Shown here piece by piece: positions 36,137 through 45,132 of a DNA stretch of 64,000 bases; the stretch's first letter is position 1, and each line of letters begins with the position of its first letter. The translations under genes were made by a program, and so were the position numbers. The stretch is from Patescibacteria group bacterium (GTDB lineage: Bacteria; Patescibacteriota; Patescibacteriia; UBA1558; GWA2-36-10). The DNA lies in assembly GCA_041665505.1 (NCBI GenBank), contig JBAYIR010000001.1, positions 220,392 to 284,391 on the forward strand, written 5' to 3'. Under the pieces are notes generated by a model. The model was not told the origin of the DNA. It saw nothing but the letters and a program-made list of their open reading frames with translations, and searched no databases.

Positions 36137-36589
36137 ATGTTAATAGAAAAAAACTTTAACAATTGTCTCTACTGTAACGATAAAGATATTAAATCAAGAG
36201 TGATCTTTGAAGACAATTTAGTGATGGTTTTTCCGACTAATATCCCTATAACCCCAGGACATTTATTAATTTGCCCAAAAAGACATATCAGTAAAATAGA
36301 TGCTTTGTCTGATGAAGAACTAAAAGCAATTAAAGATTTAATAGTGCGTTTAAAAAATACTCTAGCAAAAACATTTGGGGCCGAAGGTTTTAATGTTGCC
36401 TTAAATGAAGGCCAAAGTGCTGGTCAATCAATAGACCACTTGCATATACATATAGTGCCTAGAAAAGCTGGAGATGCCGGAATATATGAGTACGAGCCTA
36501 GAAAATTTCTTTATCGACCAGGCTCAAGAAATACTTCCCCAGAAAATGAACTCAGAGAAATTACTGAATTAATCAAAAAAAACATTTAA
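36137..36589 (+). CDS. HIT family hydrolase
   Basis: CLYC, PGHLLICPK, AGQSIDHLHIHIVPR. Confidence 0.93.
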   Translation: MLIEKNFNNCLYCNDKDIKSRVIFEDNLVMVFPTNIPITPGHLLICPKRHISKIDALSDEELKAIKDLIVRLKNTLAKTFGAEGFNVALNEGQSAGQSIDHLHIHIVPRKAGDAGIYEYEPRKFLYRPGSRNTSPENELREITELIKKNI

Positions 36590-36601
36590 TAATATTAATG
36601 C

Positions 36602-37024
36602 ATGGAAAATAATATTACACTTCAAGTCGGCGTTAAAGCTCTGCTCAAAAATAAAGAAGGTCAGTATTTACTGATTCGTCGTTCACTTATCAAATATCCT
36701 GATATCAAAGGACGCTGGGATATTGTCGGTGGGCGCATTGAGCCAGGTACGACTTTGTTAGAGAATCTGCGTCGTGAAATCAAAGAAGAAACGAACTTAG
36801 AATTAGTAAATACTCCACAATTAATTGCTGCTCAAGATATTATACCAAAAGTAGATAAGCATATTGTCCGCCTTACTTATATAGGCGAAATAAGTGGGGA
36901 AATAAAGCTAGATGAATCAGAAAATGATATGTACAAGTGGTACAGCTCTGATGAATTAAAACAAGTAGCAGATATGGATATTTATTTTAAGGAATTATTA
37001 GATAATAATTATATTATCATTTAG
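36602..37024 (+). CDS. NUDIX hydrolase
   Basis: GGRIEPG...LRREIKEETNL. Confidence 0.9.
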   Translation: MENNITLQVGVKALLKNKEGQYLLIRRSLIKYPDIKGRWDIVGGRIEPGTTLLENLRREIKEETNLELVNTPQLIAAQDIIPKVDKHIVRLTYIGEISGEIKLDESENDMYKWYSSDELKQVADMDIYFKELLDNNYIII

Positions 37025-37041
37025 AATAATATATAATAAAT

Positions 37042-38514
37042 ATGAGTTTTGAGAAACAACCAGCACACCCACCATTTAAGGGTGAATTAAAAAAAGTCAA
37101 AGCAGGTGATAATTTTGATGTCCATAAATTAGAAGAATCAGAAGATTCTATATCTTTGCCAGAAGGAGAAGAAAAAGATTTTGTAAGTGACCAGTTTATT
37201 ATCACAGAATATGTTTCTTATGAAAATAGAGACCACCAAAGTTTTGTGGGCTTAAAAAAATTCTATGAAGATGCTAAAGGAGAATTAGAAGATATCTTGC
37301 CACAATCATTTTTTGTAGAAGGACCACCATCTGATCCTCAACAACTTGGTCGGGCATTTTATGTTATTCAAAATTTTGATAATCCTGGCTTTAATGAAAG
37401 AGCCAAAAAAACAGCCGATTTAAATACTAATGAATTTTCTGTAGAGTTTTTGCAACGTTTATTGGATATACAAGATAGATTGACTAGATTTTTATCTAAA
37501 TATAGCGACGATTTACCAAGCGACTGGGTAAATAGCGATGATTTAGACCCAAAATTATTTAAAGAGGATGTGTTGTATGATTCAGAAAGTTCTCAAATTC
37601 AAATCAGTAACTTTTTCAAACTTGATGCCCAGACTGCTCAAGTAGCTTTGGGTAATGAACAACATTTTGAAGCTAGCCAAAACAGATTGCAAATTTTAAA
37701 AATAATGGGTTTAGCTAGCTTAGTAACTAAAATAGATAGAGCTATAGAGAGAAGTGCTTTTAGTCAATGGACCAAAGATAAACGAGTACATTGGAAACTT
37801 GATCCAGAAAAATTAAAAAGTTTAGAGGCAAAAGATAGTAAAGCTATGGCACTGACATTTGATGACGGGCCAAATGATGAAACTGAAGAATTACTGGACA
37901 TATTAAAAAGACAAAATGTCAAAGCTACTTTTTTCCTGGTTGGTTCTCAAATTGCTGGCCGAGAACATATAGTAAAAAGAATAGCCGACGAAGGACACCA
38001 AATAGGTGTCCATGAATGGTCTCAAGAGGGTCTACCTACCAATCAGGCTCTTAAAAATCCTGGTGAATTTGCTAAAAGATTTGTTGGGCCAAGACAAGAT
38101 TTAGGTGATGTCAAAAGAACCAAGGAACTAATAACTAGTATCACTGGCCAAGAACCTAAGATTGGTCGAGTAGCCGGAGTTCATGGCACTATAGATAGTT
38201 TTAGAGAGTTTGAGGCTATGAATTTGGATATAATTCATGGTGATGCTTATGACATTTTATTTATTCCACCAACAAAAAAATTGCACGCTAAAAAACTTTT
38301 AGAAAGAGCTCTAAAAAATAATGGCGCTGGTAAAATAAGAATTTTTCATATTGGTACTATGAAAGATGATGGTCAGCCTATGACCAAAGACGAAATTGAT
38401 TTTGCCGAAGGTGAAGTCTACCCACCAGCTGAAACATTAAAAATAATAGAAAATTATATAAAAACTAGCCAAGCTCAAGGCTATACTTTTGTTGGTATTG
38501 AAGAAAATATATAA
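37042..38514 (+). CDS. Polysaccharide deacetylase (NodB/CE4) domain protein with an unknown N-terminal domain
   Basis: ALTFDDGP, KATFFLVG, GHQIGVH in the C-terminal half. Confidence 0.75.
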   Translation: MSFEKQPAHPPFKGELKKVKAGDNFDVHKLEESEDSISLPEGEEKDFVSDQFIITEYVSYENRDHQSFVGLKKFYEDAKGELEDILPQSFFVEGPPSDPQQLGRAFYVIQNFDNPGFNERAKKTADLNTNEFSVEFLQRLLDIQDRLTRFLSKYSDDLPSDWVNSDDLDPKLFKEDVLYDSESSQIQISNFFKLDAQTAQVALGNEQHFEASQNRLQILKIMGLASLVTKIDRAIERSAFSQWTKDKRVHWKLDPEKLKSLEAKDSKAMALTFDDGPNDETEELLDILKRQNVKATFFLVGSQIAGREHIVKRIADEGHQIGVHEWSQEGLPTNQALKNPGEFAKRFVGPRQDLGDVKRTKELITSITGQEPKIGRVAGVHGTIDSFREFEAMNLDIIHGDAYDILFIPPTKKLHAKKLLERALKNNGAGKIRIFHIGTMKDDGQPMTKDEIDFAEGEVYPPAETLKIIENYIKTSQAQGYTFVGIEENI

Positions 38515-38516
38515 AT

Positions 38517-39014
38517 ATGAAAAAATATACTAGAGCTCAAAATATAAAATATTACGCCAAGCTTCCACGCAAACGTGTATCTGTCGGCGCTCTATTTTTT
38601 AATAATAAAAACCAATTACTAATAGTAAAACCTAATTACAAAGATAATTGGCTCTTGGTTGGTGGTAGTGTAGAAAAGCAAGAATCACCCTATCAAGGGA
38701 TCAAAAGAGAAGTTAAAGAAGAGATTGGCATAAATTTTAAACCTAGACCAATCTGCATTGAATATCAATTAAAGAAAAATTTTCAAAGTGAAACAATTTA
38801 TATACTATTCTATGGAGGAGTATTAAACCAAAAACAGATTAACGCTATTAAATTACAAAAATCCGAGCTGGAGGAGTACAAATTTATTAGCCCTAAGCTG
38901 GCTATAAAAGTTTTGAGCAAAACAGCTGGTCCTAGAATACCACACTGTCTAAAGGCCATTAAAAATAAGCAAATAGTGTATCTAGAAAATGGTAAGCTAA
39001 TAAATAATTTATGA
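38517..39014 (+). CDS. NUDIX hydrolase
   Basis: GGSVEKQES...KREVKEEIG. Confidence 0.9.
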   Translation: MKKYTRAQNIKYYAKLPRKRVSVGALFFNNKNQLLIVKPNYKDNWLLVGGSVEKQESPYQGIKREVKEEIGINFKPRPICIEYQLKKNFQSETIYILFYGGVLNQKQINAIKLQKSELEEYKFISPKLAIKVLSKTAGPRIPHCLKAIKNKQIVYLENGKLINNL

Positions 39015-39475
39015 AAAAAAAGTATACTTTAATATTTATTAGCAAAGATAATAAAATACTTTTAGGGCTAAAAAAAAGAGGTTTTGCTTTTGGTAAATAT
39101 ACTCTAGTTGGTGGCAAGGTAGAGCCGGGGGAGACTATTGAAGAAGGAGCTAGAAGAGAAGTCTTTGAAGAATCAAATTTAGATGTACGAGATTTAAAAA
39201 AAATAGCTGTCTTAGATTTTGTCTGGCCGGATAAAAAAAATCCTGATATGGAAGTTCATTTGTTTAAAACTAATAATTTTTCTGGTCAGCTGGCAGACAA
39301 TGATGAAATCAGTCCTAGTTGGTTTGAAATTGATAAGCTACCATATAAAAAAATGCTAGATGATAATAAATATTGGTTTCCACTAGTATTAAAAGATCAA
39401 AAATTTCAAGCCCAATTTTTATTTGATAAGCATGATAAAGTAATCAGCCATAATATAAAAATAGAGACTCCTTAG
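39011..39475 (+). CDS. NUDIX hydrolase, 8-oxo-dGTPase (MTH1-like)
   Basis: LLGLKKRGF..GK...GGKVEPGETIEEGARREVFEES; LPY..M..D..YW. Confidence 0.88.
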   Translation: MKKKYTLIFISKDNKILLGLKKRGFAFGKYTLVGGKVEPGETIEEGARREVFEESNLDVRDLKKIAVLDFVWPDKKNPDMEVHLFKTNNFSGQLADNDEISPSWFEIDKLPYKKMLDDNKYWFPLVLKDQKFQAQFLFDKHDKVISHNIKIETP

Positions 39476-39539
39476 GGAGCCTTTTATTGACCTTGAAAAA
39501 TAATCTGTTTTCTGGTATATTATAGCTGATAATTTTCCT

Positions 39540-39816
39540 ATGTCGCTAGATAAAATAGCTAAAATTAGACAAAAAAATAGACAAAGTGGATCGAGAAATT
39601 ATCCACAGTCTAGCCAAAAGGCGTTCTTTAATAGAAAAGATTGCTAATTTTAAAGATCCTTATAATATTCGTGATCTAAAAAGAGAAAAAGAAATTATTG
39701 AAAATATAACTACAGTAGCCAGAAAAAATAAACTAGAAGAAACTTTCATTAAAGACTTATATAAAAAAATAATGGCCGGGGATTTAAAACAAATAAAAAA
39801 TATTCTACAAAAATAA
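39540..39816 (+). pseudogene. Chorismate mutase (AroQ/CM_2) with a +1 frameshift in an A7 run
   Basis: Removing one A at 39571-39577 gives MSLDKIAKIRQKIDKVDREIIHSLAKR...RDLKRE. Confidence 0.75.
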
Positions 39817-40896
39817 ATGTTTTATCAAAAAATTATTAGACCAATCTTATTTCTCTTTGACCCAGAAAAAATTCATGATTTTACTATCTGGGGCTTATCT
39901 TTTTTTAGTAAATCAAAAATATTAAATCAGCTTCTCAAGTCTAGACTAAACTATACTTCGCCACGCTTGCGTCAAAAATTATTTGGCCTTTATTTTAAAA
40001 ACCCAATTGGGTTAGCCGCTGGTTTAGATAAAAATGGCAAAGCCATAAACACTTGGTCAGCTATGGGCTTTGGCTGGGCTGAAATTGGTTCTATTACTTA
40101 TCAAGTTCAAGCTGGTAACCCAAAACCTAGATTATGGAGACTACCTCAAGATAAAGGCTTGGTTGTTTATTATGGTTTGGCCAATCAAGGAGCTATAAAA
40201 ATAGTAGAACAACTCAAGAAAAAAACTGGTTTGATATCAGCTAGTATTGCCAAAAGTAATAATGTGCCATTAGAAAAAGCCGCTGATGATTACCAAGCTA
40301 GCTTTGAAATATTAGCTGAACATGCTCAAATTATTACTATTAATCTAAGCTGTCCTAATGTCAAAAATTTTACTGGTTTGCAATCCAAAGAATTACTAGA
40401 ACCAATATTAGAAAGAATACAAAGCATCAATAGCAAACAAAAACCTATTTGGCTCAAAATTGGACAAGATTTGTCCAAGGAGGAGCTAGATGATATTATT
40501 TATTTAGCCAAAAAATATCATATAGCCGCTATTTTGGCTTGTAATTTATCTAAAGATAAAAGTCACTTAAACTTAAAATCCAAACATCAAGATAAACCAG
40601 GTGGTGTCTCTGGCCAAGCCATTAGAGCTAAAACTAATAAAATTATTGCCTATCTTTATCAAAACAGTGAAGGTAAATATAAGATTGTTGGTATTGGCGG
40701 TGTTTTTTCCGGCTATGATGCCTACCAAAAAATAAAAGCTGGTGCCAACTTAGTTCAGTTAATTACTGGCTTGATATACAATGGCCCTAGTACTATTAGA
40801 GTGATAAACACCCAATTGGAAAATTTAATTCAAAATGACAATTTTAAACATATCTCCGAAGCAGTTGGTATAGAAAGTGACCAGTACCATTTATGA
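39817..40896 (+). CDS. pyrD: Quinone-dependent dihydroorotate dehydrogenase (class 2)
   Basis: DPEKIH, NPIGLAAGLDK, GNPKPRLWRL, NLSCPN, GGVSG. Confidence 0.93.
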   Translation: MFYQKIIRPILFLFDPEKIHDFTIWGLSFFSKSKILNQLLKSRLNYTSPRLRQKLFGLYFKNPIGLAAGLDKNGKAINTWSAMGFGWAEIGSITYQVQAGNPKPRLWRLPQDKGLVVYYGLANQGAIKIVEQLKKKTGLISASIAKSNNVPLEKAADDYQASFEILAEHAQIITINLSCPNVKNFTGLQSKELLEPILERIQSINSKQKPIWLKIGQDLSKEELDDIIYLAKKYHIAAILACNLSKDKSHLNLKSKHQDKPGGVSGQAIRAKTNKIIAYLYQNSEGKYKIVGIGGVFSGYDAYQKIKAGANLVQLITGLIYNGPSTIRVINTQLENLIQNDNFKHISEAVGIESDQYHL

Positions 40897-42410
40897 ACTT
40901 AGAATACAAAAATTATTATAAGTATAGAATTTTAGAAATAATACCAGGTTTATTTGTCTGGCTGACTTTTATAGCTACTATTGTTTTATCTTTTATTTCG
41001 CCACTCTATGGTATTTATTTTATTATAATTTTTGATGTTTATTTTGTTTTGCGTATCACTTACATGCTTATTTATTTGCTTATTTCTTGGTTTAAATACC
41101 GCCAGGCCAATAAAGTAGATTGGTGGAAATTTTTAACTGATACTCATTCTAAAAATTGGGCCGAGTATTATCACATTATATTTTTACCGACCGCTGGTGA
41201 GCCATTGGAAGTAGTAGCTAGTACTTTTGATAACCTAGCTTATAAAACCAAATATGATCAAAAAAAATTCATAATTGTTTTGGCTGGTGAAGAACGTTAC
41301 ATGGAACAATTTTTAGAAATATCTAGTCAAATAAGCAAAAAATACAACAATAATTTTTATAATATCATTGTTACTATCCATCCTGATAATCTGGAAGGGG
41401 ATTTAAAGGGTAAAGGCTCCAATCTTTATTATACTGGTTATGAAGTAAAGAAATATATTGACGCCCAAAAACTAGATTACAAAAAATTAATTGTTTCTAC
41501 TTTTGATATAGATACGATTTCTCATCCAGATTATTTTGCTTATTTGACTCACAAATTTATATCCCACAAAAATCCCTATCAAGCCAGTTTTCAGCCAATG
41601 GCTTTTTATCATAATAATGTCTGGGAATCTGATATTATCACTAGAGTAGTGGCCAACGGCACCACTTTTTGGCTCTTAACTGATTTAGCCCGCCCTGACA
41701 GGTTATTTACTTTTTCTTCTCACTCTATGAGTTGGCAAGCTTTAGTAGATATTGGTTTTTGGCAAAATAATATAGTGACTGAAGACTCTCGTATATTTTT
41801 ACAATGCTTAATACATTATAATGGGGATTATGAGGTAGTACCAATGCATATCCCTGTTTCCATGAATACTGTTCACGTTGGCAGTCTTTACCGCAGTTTA
41901 GTCAATCAATACAAACAAATGCGCCGCTGGGCTTATGGAGTAGAACATTTTCCTTACATGATTTGGCAATTTAGCAAAAACCAAAAAATTCCTAAAAGTA
42001 AAAAATGGATTTATACTTGGAATCAAACAGAAGGAGTCTATACTTGGGCTACGGCACCAGTTTTAATATTTATCATGGGTTATTTACCCCTGTACTTGGC
42101 TGAAAAACAAAATTTGACTAATGTCCTGACCCAAAATGCACCCCTGATGCTAGAAAATATAATGCGTTCTGGTATGATTGGTATGCTAATAATTGCTTTA
42201 ATGAGTGTGATAATATTACCGCCTATTCCACCAAAACACCGCGGTTCTAGATACAATATAGCTTTTAAATATTTACTAATGTTCTTGCAATGGATTATTT
42301 TTCCTGTCACTATGATACTCTTTGGTTCTTTACCAGCTATTGATGCTCAAACTAGATTAATGTTGGGTAAATATTTAGGTTTTTGGGTGACGGAAAAGAA
42401 AAAAATATAA
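40893..42410 (+). CDS. Integral membrane glycosyltransferase family 2 (processive-like)
   Basis: KGSN, FDID, TEDSRIF and QMRRWAYG (QxxRW) motifs; multiple TMs. Confidence 0.85.
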   Translation: MNLEYKNYYKYRILEIIPGLFVWLTFIATIVLSFISPLYGIYFIIIFDVYFVLRITYMLIYLLISWFKYRQANKVDWWKFLTDTHSKNWAEYYHIIFLPTAGEPLEVVASTFDNLAYKTKYDQKKFIIVLAGEERYMEQFLEISSQISKKYNNNFYNIIVTIHPDNLEGDLKGKGSNLYYTGYEVKKYIDAQKLDYKKLIVSTFDIDTISHPDYFAYLTHKFISHKNPYQASFQPMAFYHNNVWESDIITRVVANGTTFWLLTDLARPDRLFTFSSHSMSWQALVDIGFWQNNIVTEDSRIFLQCLIHYNGDYEVVPMHIPVSMNTVHVGSLYRSLVNQYKQMRRWAYGVEHFPYMIWQFSKNQKIPKSKKWIYTWNQTEGVYTWATAPVLIFIMGYLPLYLAEKQNLTNVLTQNAPLMLENIMRSGMIGMLIIALMSVIILPPIPPKHRGSRYNIAFKYLLMFLQWIIFPVTMILFGSLPAIDAQTRLMLGKYLGFWVTEKKKI

Positions 42411-42424
42411 TAATTACTAATATA

Positions 42425-42457
42425 AAAAACACTTCAGAATTGACTAGAGTGTTTTTT
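42425..42457. terminator. Bidirectional terminator
   Basis: AAAAAACACT...AGTGTTTTTT between convergent genes. Confidence 0.6.
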
Positions 42458-43395
42458 TATTGAAAAGTTTTATCTAAATATTTTTGATAACCACGGATAA
42501 ATTCATCAGCTTTTATTATTTTCTTAGCAGCTGGTTGAAGCTCTAAAATTTTGATAGACCCTTCTCCAGTACCAACTAATAAAGTATTTTTATCAAAACT
42601 TATTTGACCGACTTTGAACTTTTGGTCCACTACTTCTGTTTTTAAAATTCTAACATCCAAATTATCTAATTTGGTATAAGCGCCTGGCCAAAGACGAAAA
42701 GCGCGAACTTGATTATGAATCTCCTGGGCAGATTTTTGCCAGTCAATTTGACCATCTTCTTTTTTAATCATTTTACAAAACGTAGCTTGCCGGTCATCTT
42801 GAGCTAGGGGACTAATTTTGTTATTTAAATAGTCTAATATGTTTTTATGCAAAAGATCAGCTCCTAAGTCAGCTAAACGTTCAGATAAAGCTATATAATC
42901 CTCATTTGGGTCTATTTTTAGCTTTATTTGGCTCAAAATTGGCCCGTGGTCCATCTTTTTGTCCAATTGCATCAAAGATAGGCCTGTAGACTCAAAACCA
43001 GCTAAAATGGCGCTTTGAATAGGTGATGGTCCACGTAAAACTGGTAAAAGGGAAGGATGGATATTAATGGCTTTAAGTGCAGATAAATCCAAAATATTTT
43101 GAGGAATTATTTTACCATAAGCTACGACTACAAAGGCAGCTGGCAAATATTTTTCTAAGACGCTGATAAAACTTTCATCTAGTTTGTCCGGAGTTAAAAT
43201 AGCTAGATTATTTTGCAGAGCATATTCTTTGACTGGACTAGCCAGCATTTTTTTACCCCGTCCAGCTGGTCTATCAGGTTGAGTAATTACCAAAGATACT
43301 AAATTTAATTTATTCAGTATATTTAAAGAGGGCACAGCAAATTCAGGGCTGCCCCAAAATATAATTTTAGAAGAGTTATTTTGCTTGTTCATCAA
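42457..43395 (-). CDS. fmt: Methionyl-tRNA formyltransferase
   Basis: GSPEFA, TQPDRPAGRG, VVAYGKI, NIHPSLLP..RGPSPIQ, MDHGPI. Confidence 0.96.
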   Translation of the reverse strand: MMNKQNNSSKIIFWGSPEFAVPSLNILNKLNLVSLVITQPDRPAGRGKKMLASPVKEYALQNNLAILTPDKLDESFISVLEKYLPAAFVVVAYGKIIPQNILDLSALKAINIHPSLLPVLRGPSPIQSAILAGFESTGLSLMQLDKKMDHGPILSQIKLKIDPNEDYIALSERLADLGADLLHKNILDYLNNKISPLAQDDRQATFCKMIKKEDGQIDWQKSAQEIHNQVRAFRLWPGAYTKLDNLDVRILKTEVVDQKFKVGQISFDKNTLLVGTGEGSIKILELQPAAKKIIKADEFIRGYQKYLDKTFQ

Positions 43396-43876
43396 GTTGT
43401 TTTTTTAAGGCATCTAATATTTCCTGCCCTTGATTTATTTTCTCAACTCGGTCAATAAATAATATACCATTAAGATGATCTACTTCGTGTTGCAAAACCA
43501 CTGCGGCTATACCTTTTATTTTGTCTTTATGTAACTGGCCACTTAAATCCTGATATTTAATATGAATTTTTTTTGGCCTAATGACATCACCAAATATTTT
43601 TGGTAGTGACAAACAACCTTCATCAGTAGTAGTTTTTTCTTTGGAAAAGAAAGTAATTTCAGGATTAACATAAGCCTTATATTTAGTATCTCCTAGTCCA
43701 ATTACTAATAATCTAATGCTTTGACTAACTTGCGGGGCAGCTAAACCTATGCCATCATCATTGTACATCGCCTTAGCCATCTCGTCAGCCATATTTTTTA
43801 GAGCATCATCAAAAACACTAATGGTTTTAGCAATTTTTCTAAGTATTGGATCTGGGTATTTGGCTATTTTAAACAT
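43376..43876 (-). CDS. def: Peptide deformylase
   Basis: GIGLAAPQV, EGCLS, QHEVDHLNG. Confidence 0.97.
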   Translation of the reverse strand: MFKIAKYPDPILRKIAKTISVFDDALKNMADEMAKAMYNDDGIGLAAPQVSQSIRLLVIGLGDTKYKAYVNPEITFFSKEKTTTDEGCLSLPKIFGDVIRPKKIHIKYQDLSGQLHKDKIKGIAAVVLQHEVDHLNGILFIDRVEKINQGQEILDALKKQLDEQAK

Positions 43877-44048
43877 ATTTACAATATACTATATTTTGTG
43901 GATTATGGCGATAGACAAACTCATTTTTTAGAGCTAATCTTTATTTTTATAAAAGATATTAATATACTATATATTTGACTTTTTGTCAACTTTGTATAAA
44001 AGCTAACATTTTAATGACTAAAGTTTATTTTTTTGTTACACTATAAAT

Positions 44049-44312
44049 ATGCAACAAATAGCTGATATATTCAAAAATAAAAAAGAAGCAAAAAAAGCCC
44101 CAGCTTATCAGTGGCAGGATTTAGCTTTGCGTATTGTAGAAGAATTGGCTATTCCTCAATCTAAAAAAAATTCTGTTTTTAAAGTTTGTAAAGATTATGA
44201 TAAAAATTTTGTAGAAAAATGCTTAGATGACACCAAAGAATTAGCTCAAGGCTCAGCCCGTTGGCGATATTTTTTCAAACTGGTCTCGGAATACAAAAAA
44301 AGCTCCTCTTAA
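44049..44312 (+). CDS. Conserved hypothetical small protein
   Basis: 87 aa, PAYQWQDLAL...WRYFFK; own extended -10 promoter. Confidence 0.7.
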   Translation: MQQIADIFKNKKEAKKAPAYQWQDLALRIVEELAIPQSKKNSVFKVCKDYDKNFVEKCLDDTKELAQGSARWRYFFKLVSEYKKSSS

Positions 44313-44322
44313 GGAGCTTTTT
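44295..44322. terminator. Bidirectional terminator
   Basis: AAAAAAGCTCCT-CTTA-AGGAGCTTTTT. Confidence 0.75.
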
Positions 44323-44335
44323 AAATTAAACTTAA

Positions 44336-45127
44336 TTACTTTATTTTAAAATTTTCTACCAAATAACCAATACCAAAAGGGGCTTGGTAGCTTAATTTTA
44401 GTGGTTGATAATTCATTTCTTTAATTATACCCAAAAGTATAAGTAGAGATCTAAAGCCACATTCTCCAGCCTCTTTAATAAATTGCGGATTCATATCTAT
44501 AATCTCACCAATTTTATTATCATTGATTAATTTTATAATTTTTTGATCAAACTCTTGTGCTTGTGGAGAATAACCAGCTGGGGAGTCTTGATGTAATTTG
44601 TGAGATAAATCACCAGAAGCAATAATAGCTACTCGTTTATCGGCCAAATTTATTTGTTTACGAATTAGCTCACCAAACTTAATATGATCTTGGTAAGGTA
44701 AATCAGCATAGCCAATACTAACAATACTAATATTTGGCAAATGCTTAGTTAAGTAAAGTAAAGGCACACCACTACCATAATCAAGATCCTGATTAGCTGT
44801 TAAGACAATTGGAAAATAATGTTCACATGATTCTTTTATTTTATAACCAAAACCTAACTCATTATTAAATTCCAATTTGGTTATTAAATCGCCAAATTCT
44901 TTAAAATTGACTTTCAACTTTGGTTGCTGATTGATAGTAAAAAATTGACCACCAGAAATATTGGCGTGAGAAGAAATAATAATTATAATATCAGGCTTGG
45001 AAGCATATAATTCATGCTCCAAGTCTTTATAAGCTTCGATAGTTAATTTTAATTTGTCTAGATTTTCTTTACCTACTTCTGGAATCAAAATAGGCGAGTG
45101 GGGGACAAAACAAGAAAAAGTAATCAT
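44336..45127 (-). CDS. MEMO/LigB-like protein (AmmeMemoRadiSam protein B family)
   Basis: VPHSPILIP, LDYGSGVPL, IASGDLSH, ECG, Y.APFGIGY. Confidence 0.85.
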   Translation of the reverse strand: MITFSCFVPHSPILIPEVGKENLDKLKLTIEAYKDLEHELYASKPDIIIIISSHANISGGQFFTINQQPKLKVNFKEFGDLITKLEFNNELGFGYKIKESCEHYFPIVLTANQDLDYGSGVPLLYLTKHLPNISIVSIGYADLPYQDHIKFGELIRKQINLADKRVAIIASGDLSHKLHQDSPAGYSPQAQEFDQKIIKLINDNKIGEIIDMNPQFIKEAGECGFRSLLILLGIIKEMNYQPLKLSYQAPFGIGYLVENFKIK

Positions 45128-45132
45128 ATATA

